Shown one piece after another: positions 58,137-64,000 of a DNA stretch of 64,000 bases. The translations under genes were made by a program, and so were the position numbers. Location: IMG/VR virus record IMGVR_UViG_3300023179_005186, positions 1-64,000 of that record; one strand, written 5' to 3'. Position 1 is the first letter of the stretch, and each line of letters begins with the position of its first letter. Below the pieces are notes generated by a model. The model searched no databases and was not told where the DNA came from. It saw only the letters and a program-made list of their open reading frames with translations.

Positions 58137-60842
58137 ATGAATATACATCAAGGAAAAAAATCTAAACCTGATTTAAATAAAAAAAAATCAGATAGTGATA
58201 ATTCAGATACTGATTTAGATGATACTGTAAAAGTTGATAAAGGTCATAGAGATAGTTCTGATAGTTCTGATAGTTCTGATAGTTCTGATAGTTCTGATAG
58301 TTCTGATAGTTCTGATAGTTCTGATGAAAAAAATACAAAAAAGTCTAAAATTATTAATAAAAAAAGAAATAAATCTAATAAAAAAAATTCTAAATTAGAA
58401 CCTAAAATAAAAAAACAAAAAAATAATAATTTAGAAATAGATACTGAATCAGATGATAGTATCAATGGAGATTCTTATGGTAAATCATATGGACTAAATT
58501 TATTAAAGAAAATTAAAAGACACAATAAAAAACTTTCAACTAAATTAATATGTGATTTATATCACAAATCAGTAGTAAAATTAGATTCAAAACTTAAAAA
58601 AATTACTGATAAAAAATCTAAAAAATATATTGATTTAAAAATGTTTTTAGATGAATCAAAAGAATTAGATAATAAAATTAAAGATGAATATGATTCAAAA
58701 AAAAATTTTAATATTAATAATTTTATTAAAGAACAAGAAAAAAATCAAATTACAAAATTAGATGATTTAATATTTACAATTTTTTTTAATCAAAATGATC
58801 AAAATGATAAAAATAATTTCTTGTTGACAAATTCCTATAATGCTGAAATGGATATTGATGACGATGATGAAGATGACGATGATGAAGATGATGATGACGA
58901 TGATGAAGATGATGATGACGATGATGAAGATGATAAAGATAATAAAAAACTAAATAATTTAACAAAATCATCTTATTTAAGAAAAAAAACTGGTAAATTA
59001 GATAAAGAATTTGAGGAATTATATGATCAAGAAAATGTTAATAATCAAAATGGTTTAAAATACTTTAGAACTTTATCACTTGATAAAAAAAAATTATATT
59101 TAGAAAAACTAAAGAAGGTAAAACATTCTTTTAAAGAAGAAGAAAAAAGACCAAATTATATGAAAATTTTAGATTGTGATACAACTGAATCTAATAAAGC
59201 ATTAATTTTACAAAAAATAAATACATTTGATAATTTAAAGGGATCATCTGAATTTTATAAATTAAAAAATTGGATAAATAAAATTATGAAAGTACCTTTT
59301 GGTAAATATATACAACCACCTGTTTGTAAAATAGATGGATCTGATAAAATTCGTGAATATTTACGTGGAGTAAGAAAACAATTAGATGATGGTATTTATG
59401 GTCATGATGTAACTAAAGATCAATTAATCAAGATTCTCGCTCATACCATCACAAATCCTCAAGAAGGTGGTAATATATTCGCGTTACAGGGTCCACCAGG
59501 TGTTGGTAAGACTGCTTTAATCCAAGATGGTATTGCAAAAGCTTTAGGACGTCCATATTCTTTTATAAGTTTAGGTGGTGCAACTGATTCATGTTTTCTA
59601 GAGGGACATGATTATACATATGAAGGATCAAATCATGGTAGAATTATTGAGTTAATTCAACAAGCTGGTTGTATGAATCCTGTAATTTATTTTGATGAAT
59701 TAGATAAAGTTTCTGAAACAGCAAAAGGAGAAGAAATTATTAATATTTTAATGCATATAACTGATGCTACTCAAAATTCTCATTTTAATGATAAATATTT
59801 TGGAGGATTAGATTTTGATCTTTCAAAAGCCATAATTATTTTTTCTTTCAATGATGAACAAAAAATATCAAGAATTTTACGAGATCGCATGAAAATTATT
59901 AGAGTTAAAGGATATAAAATTTTGGATAAGATTAATATAGCAAAACATTATTTAATACCAAAATTAATTAAAACAATTGGATTAGAAGATCTTAATATAA
60001 CTTTTCCAGAAAATATACTTACTTGGTTAATTGATAATTATACAAATGAAGGTGGTGTTCGAAAATTAAAAGAATTATTAAATGATATTTTATTAGAAGT
60101 TAATTTAAGAAATTTAGAAGATACTAAAATTAATTCAGAGACAATTGGTAAATTAATTATATTTGATCAAGCTATGTTAGAAAATGATTTAATTAAAAAA
60201 AAAAGAAAGATTGAACATTTAAAAATTAATTCTGAACCAAGAATCGGAATTGTAAATGGTCTATGGGCTAATGAATTAGGTGTTGGTGGATTAATTCCTA
60301 TTGAATGTTGTTGGATTCCTTCTACAGATAAATTACAATTAGAGCTAACAGGTATGCAAGGAAAAGTTATGAAAGAATCAATGTCTGTAGCTAGAACTGT
60401 TGCATGGAGAATTTTACCTGATGAAATTAAAGAAATGGTTAATAAAAAATGGAAAAAATCATTTGATTATGGTATTCATATTCATTGTCCGGATGGTGCA
60501 ACTCCTAAAGATGGACCTAGTGCTGGTGGAGCAATTACAACATGTTTAATATCTCTATTATCGGGAATACCTGTTGATAATACGGTTGCAATGACTGGTG
60601 AAATTAATTTAAAAGGTCATATAACTGCTATTGGTGGATTAGAAGAAAAAATATTTGGTGCTATTAAAGCAGGTGCAAAAAAAGTATTATGTCCTAAAGA
60701 AAACTCTCATGATTTGGATGAAATTTTATATAAATATCCTAATTTAGTTAATAATGAATTTCAAATTGTTATGATTGAAAATATCTGGCAAGTATTAGAA
60801 AATGTTTTACTTTCTAATATAAATTGGATTCGTTTTGATTAA
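58137..60842 (+). CDS. lon: Lon ATP-dependent protease with disordered acidic N-terminus
   Basis: GPPGVGKT, LGGATD, FDELDK, LRDRM, GGVRKL, catalytic KDGPSAG and GGLEEK. Confidence 0.97.
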   Translation: MNIHQGKKSKPDLNKKKSDSDNSDTDLDDTVKVDKGHRDSSDSSDSSDSSDSSDSSDSSDSSDEKNTKKSKIINKKRNKSNKKNSKLEPKIKKQKNNNLEIDTESDDSINGDSYGKSYGLNLLKKIKRHNKKLSTKLICDLYHKSVVKLDSKLKKITDKKSKKYIDLKMFLDESKELDNKIKDEYDSKKNFNINNFIKEQEKNQITKLDDLIFTIFFNQNDQNDKNNFLLTNSYNAEMDIDDDDEDDDDEDDDDDDEDDDDDDEDDKDNKKLNNLTKSSYLRKKTGKLDKEFEELYDQENVNNQNGLKYFRTLSLDKKKLYLEKLKKVKHSFKEEEKRPNYMKILDCDTTESNKALILQKINTFDNLKGSSEFYKLKNWINKIMKVPFGKYIQPPVCKIDGSDKIREYLRGVRKQLDDGIYGHDVTKDQLIKILAHTITNPQEGGNIFALQGPPGVGKTALIQDGIAKALGRPYSFISLGGATDSCFLEGHDYTYEGSNHGRIIELIQQAGCMNPVIYFDELDKVSETAKGEEIINILMHITDATQNSHFNDKYFGGLDFDLSKAIIIFSFNDEQKISRILRDRMKIIRVKGYKILDKINIAKHYLIPKLIKTIGLEDLNITFPENILTWLIDNYTNEGGVRKLKELLNDILLEVNLRNLEDTKINSETIGKLIIFDQAMLENDLIKKKRKIEHLKINSEPRIGIVNGLWANELGVGGLIPIECCWIPSTDKLQLELTGMQGKVMKESMSVARTVAWRILPDEIKEMVNKKWKKSFDYGIHIHCPDGATPKDGPSAGGAITTCLISLLSGIPVDNTVAMTGEINLKGHITAIGGLEEKIFGAIKAGAKKVLCPKENSHDLDEILYKYPNLVNNEFQIVMIENIWQVLENVLLSNINWIRFD
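58251..58322 (+). repeat. perfect (GATAGTTCT)x8 tandem repeat encoding (DSS)8
   Basis: direct count of 8 copies. Confidence 0.95.
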
Positions 60843-61696
60843 TTTTTATTTATTAAAGATATTTGAGTATCATATGGAGGCTTTGTTTCTAAAATCATTG
60901 GTACATTTTTATAAGGTAAAATAAATTTTATTAATTGATCTATTTGAATATATCCTTTACCTATTTGTTCATGTCTATCAATATGTTGACCAACTTGATG
61001 GTATGAATCATTCAAATGTATTAATTGTATTTTTTCTTTAATAGGTTCTAAAGTTTTATGAATTTTTTTTATAACTTTATCAGAATTTAAATCATATCCT
61101 GCTTGAAAAATATGACAAGTATCTAAACATAAATTTAAATTTGAATAAAAATATAAGTTTTTAAATCTTAATATAAATTTTACTAACTCATCTATTTCAA
61201 ATAACATTTCTCCTCCTTGACCTGCTGGTGTTTCTAAAAGTAAATTTATATCTAATTTTTTAGATTTTAATTTTCTAAATAATTCAATAATAAATTTTAC
61301 CATATTATTATAAACATGATCTGGATCATATTGTTTTTTAACATTTTTACCAGTATGTAATACTATTGCTTTCATACCTATTCTTACACCATATTCTATT
61401 TCTTTTATTAATATATCAATACCAATATTATAAAGATCAGTTTGAGATGGTAACAAATCTGTACCCATATTTATTTGATATGATGCATGAACATATATTT
61501 TTTTATATTTAGATAAAATATAATTAATTGATTTAATCTCTTCTTTACTTAATTTTGTTTTTGTAAACATTATCTGTATACATGAAAATTTTTTGGCTAA
61601 AGATTTTATTATTTCAATATCCTCTACTGAATAATCTGGAATTTCTGAAGTATAATCCATTGGCATACTTGTACTAAATCCTGTTTGAATTTTCAT
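60839..61696 (-). CDS. nfo: endonuclease IV (AP endonuclease family 2); likely start MKIQ at 61696
   Basis: HASYQIN, VLHTG, LETPAGQG, CLDTCHIF, HLNDS, DRHE, ILET metal ligands. Confidence 0.92.
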   Translation of the reverse strand: MKIQTGFSTSMPMDYTSEIPDYSVEDIEIIKSLAKKFSCIQIMFTKTKLSKEEIKSINYILSKYKKIYVHASYQINMGTDLLPSQTDLYNIGIDILIKEIEYGVRIGMKAIVLHTGKNVKKQYDPDHVYNNMVKFIIELFRKLKSKKLDINLLLETPAGQGGEMLFEIDELVKFILRFKNLYFYSNLNLCLDTCHIFQAGYDLNSDKVIKKIHKTLEPIKEKIQLIHLNDSYHQVGQHIDRHEQIGKGYIQIDQLIKFILPYKNVPMILETKPPYDTQISLINKN

Positions 61697-61807
61697 TATA
61701 AAAAAATTACAAATTAATATATTTATATTTGATAAAAATATATATATAAAAAAAAATGAATTAATATATGAATATATCATTTATTAATATTAAACCAATT
61801 GTAAATA

Positions 61808-62974
61808 ATGGATGAAATCCCTATTACCGAAATTAATGCTAAATCTTCCAAATGTAATATAGAATTTTTAGTTGATAAATATATTCCTAAAAATATTTCA
61901 GATATATTTGATGAAGATACTGAATATTTACAAAAATTAAATAAAAATATTAAATTAGAAACTGATTCTTGGATAAATACAAATCCTTCCAAGTGTTTTT
62001 TTCATAAAGAAATTTTTAATAAATTAAAAAAAATTGCTGAAGATGATGGTATGCCTCATGTTATTTTTTATGGTAATCCTGGTACTGGAAAAAAAACTAT
62101 GATAAATTTATTTTTAGAAATGATTTTTGATAAATCAATTTATAAATTAGATGATTCTAAATATACTGTAATTAGTTCAGGCAATATTGAAAATGAAGTA
62201 ATTGTTAAACAAAGTGATCATCATATTATAATTGAACCTAATAATAATAATTTTGATAGGTATTTAATCCAAGATATTGTTAAAGAATATGCACGAAAAT
62301 ATCCTTTATGTATTTTTGAAAAAAATAGAAATTTTAAAATGGTTCAAATTAATAATTTAGATAACTTATCATATTATGCACAAACTTCACTAAGACGCAC
62401 TATAGAAAAATATTCTAAAACATGTAGATTTATCATGTGGTGTTATTCGTTATCAAAGGTTATTGAACCATTAAGAAGTAGATGTCTTTGTATTCATGTA
62501 CCAACTCAATCTGAACAAGATCTAGTTCAATGGACATTTAATATTAGTTCACTTGAAAATGTTAATATTAATTTTCCTGTTTTAAGTTGGATTGTTCAAA
62601 ATTCTAATGGAAATCTTAAAGATATACTATGGAAGTTAGATTTATACAAATATTGTGGTAAAATTCAAAATGGATATCAAAAATCTTTGGTATTATTAAT
62701 TAATGAAATTACAACTGATGGAGATATTCAAATTATTAGAGATTATATTTATAAAATGATGATTACTAATATTTCTTCAAATGTTATTATTAAAGATATT
62801 CTTAATATTATATTAATAAAACTTGATAATGATAAATATCCTAATTCTAAAAAAAAATCTAGTAAAATTATAGATCATGCTTCTAATTTTGAATATAGAC
62901 TTTCTAAAGGCCGCAGAGATATTATTCACATTGAAGCATTTATTTTAAATATTATTAATGTACTTAAATCATAA
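61808..62974 (+). CDS. RFC: replication factor C small subunit (RFC3/5-like)
   Basis: FLVDKY.P, GNPGTGKKT, AQTSLRRT.EKYS..CRFI, IEPLRSRC, IHIEAFI. Confidence 0.93.
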   Translation: MDEIPITEINAKSSKCNIEFLVDKYIPKNISDIFDEDTEYLQKLNKNIKLETDSWINTNPSKCFFHKEIFNKLKKIAEDDGMPHVIFYGNPGTGKKTMINLFLEMIFDKSIYKLDDSKYTVISSGNIENEVIVKQSDHHIIIEPNNNNFDRYLIQDIVKEYARKYPLCIFEKNRNFKMVQINNLDNLSYYAQTSLRRTIEKYSKTCRFIMWCYSLSKVIEPLRSRCLCIHVPTQSEQDLVQWTFNISSLENVNINFPVLSWIVQNSNGNLKDILWKLDLYKYCGKIQNGYQKSLVLLINEITTDGDIQIIRDYIYKMMITNISSNVIIKDILNIILIKLDNDKYPNSKKKSSKIIDHASNFEYRLSKGRRDIIHIEAFILNIINVLKS

Positions 62975-63035
62975 ATATATTTTTTTATTTAATAAAGTTA
63001 AATAAATAACAATTTATTTAATTATAAATTTAATT

Positions 63036-64000
63036 ATGTGTGGAATTTGGGGTGTACTTTCTTCAAAATCAATTGAATTAGATCAAAATAAATTATTTAA
63101 TGCATTTAACCAAATTAAAAATAGAGGTCCTGATAAATCTATTTTAATTCAAAATTCTAATTATATTATTGGATTTCATAGATTAGCAATTATAGATACT
63201 AGTATTCAAGGGGATCAACCATTCTCTCATTCTTATTATTATACTAATGATTCAAATGAAAAAATACTTAGAACAATTTATTTAATTGTTAATGGAGAAA
63301 TTTATAATCATAAAGAATTAAAAAATTCTATTGAAGTTAATGATGTTTTGAGCAAATATAATTATACATTTAAATCAGGATCAGATTGTGAAGTTATATT
63401 ACCAATGTATTTAGCTGAAACTAATGTTGATTCACCAAATAAATCTGGTATATCAAATCTAATTTCTAAATTATCTGGTGAATTTGCTTTCGCTATTTTT
63501 GATATTAATTATAATACTGTTTCTAAAATTGAAACATATAATTTATGGACAGGACGTGATCGTTTTGGTATTCGACCATTGTTTTTTTCTAAAATAGATG
63601 AATATACTATTGTATTTGGTTCAGAAGTCAAATCACTTATTGGATTAAATTCTTTATCTAATAATAAAATAGAAGTTCATGATCCTAGAAGTTGGACTAG
63701 TTGGTCTGGTCAAACTAATAAACCATTAGAAATTAAATCTAAATTATATTATGCAGTTGGAAATCTTCCTGTTGTTATTAATCCAGAACCAAGTGATGTT
63801 TATCGTATGATTCAAACTAAATTAACTATGGCTGTTAAATCTAGATTAGAATCTGATCGTGAAATTGGATGTTTGCTTTCAGGAGGTCTTGATTCAAGTT
63901 TAGTTTCTGCAATTGCAGCTAAAGAATTAGATAAAGAAGGTAAAAAATTAAAAACATTTAGTATTGGTATGGAAGATTCTCCAGATGTACACTTTGCCAA
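63036..64000 (+). CDS. asnB: asparagine synthase (glutamine-hydrolysing), 3'-truncated by the window edge
   Basis: Translated manually: MCGIW, RGPD, GFHRLAII, NGEIYNH, SDCEV, RDRFGIRPL, LLSGGLDSSLV. Confidence 0.93.
   Translation, partial: MCGIWGVLSSKSIELDQNKLFNAFNQIKNRGPDKSILIQNSNYIIGFHRLAIIDTSIQGDQPFSHSYYYTNDSNEKILRTIYLIVNGEIYNHKELKNSIEVNDVLSKYNYTFKSGSDCEVILPMYLAETNVDSPNKSGISNLISKLSGEFAFAIFDINYNTVSKIETYNLWTGRDRFGIRPLFFSKIDEYTIVFGSEVKSLIGLNSLSNNKIEVHDPRSWTSWSGQTNKPLEIKSKLYYAVGNLPVVINPEPSDVYRMIQTKLTMAVKSRLESDREIGCLLSGGLDSSLVSAIAAKELDKEGKKLKTFSIGMEDSPDVHFA

Noticed and set aside
58251-58322. (GATAGTTCT)8 as a regulatory or mobile repeat
   Set aside because: In-frame microsatellite encoding (DSS)8 in the disordered Lon N-terminus
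1412-64000. Small antisense or overlapping ORFs in the track (1412, 2659, 4562, 8717, 14588, 21709, 24101, 24572, 24592, 30090, 30196, 41060, 42823, 43865, 47005, 47262, 47764, 50149, 50330, 51417, 58244, 58786, 61777, 63812)
   Set aside because: Shadows of well-supported genes, repeats or intron RNA; low-complexity composition and no motifs
1-64000. tRNA, rRNA or transposase genes
   Set aside because: No cloverleaf/T-loop signature, rRNA-like GC-rich block or transposase motif was seen by eye; a tRNAscan-SE run would confirm

Overview
This is a very AT-rich, gene-dense segment of a giant dsDNA virus (Nucleocytoviricota, Mimiviridae). A Klosneuvirinae-like assignment is inference. Evidence: a eukaryote-type core cluster (topoisomerase II, PCNA, eIF4E, two RFC small subunits, RPB1, SNF2-RING, SWIB, DnaJ, Lon, endonuclease IV, asparagine synthase) and the Mimivirus early promoter AAAATTGA upstream of many genes. 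The main feature is an RPB1 gene (38921-48464) carrying five selfish elements: three group I introns, two with GIY-YIG ORFs, and two inteins. The catalytic YNADFDGD motif sits alone on a 24-nt micro-exon between introns 2 and 3. Both RPB1 inteins are atypical (Ser1, Lys instead of the block-B His, no penultimate His, C-terminal Asp). Topoisomerase II carries a canonical intein with a decayed endonuclease. The accessory left end (1-12 kb) holds a double-HNH + DruA/DUF4338-like fusion, a 22-aa repeat protein with no ATG start, and a metabolic cluster (lipase, alpha/beta hydrolase, LYS1-type saccharopine dehydrogenase, CaaX-tailed carboxylate-amine ligase, GNAT). All family assignments come from motif recognition by eye; no database searches were run.
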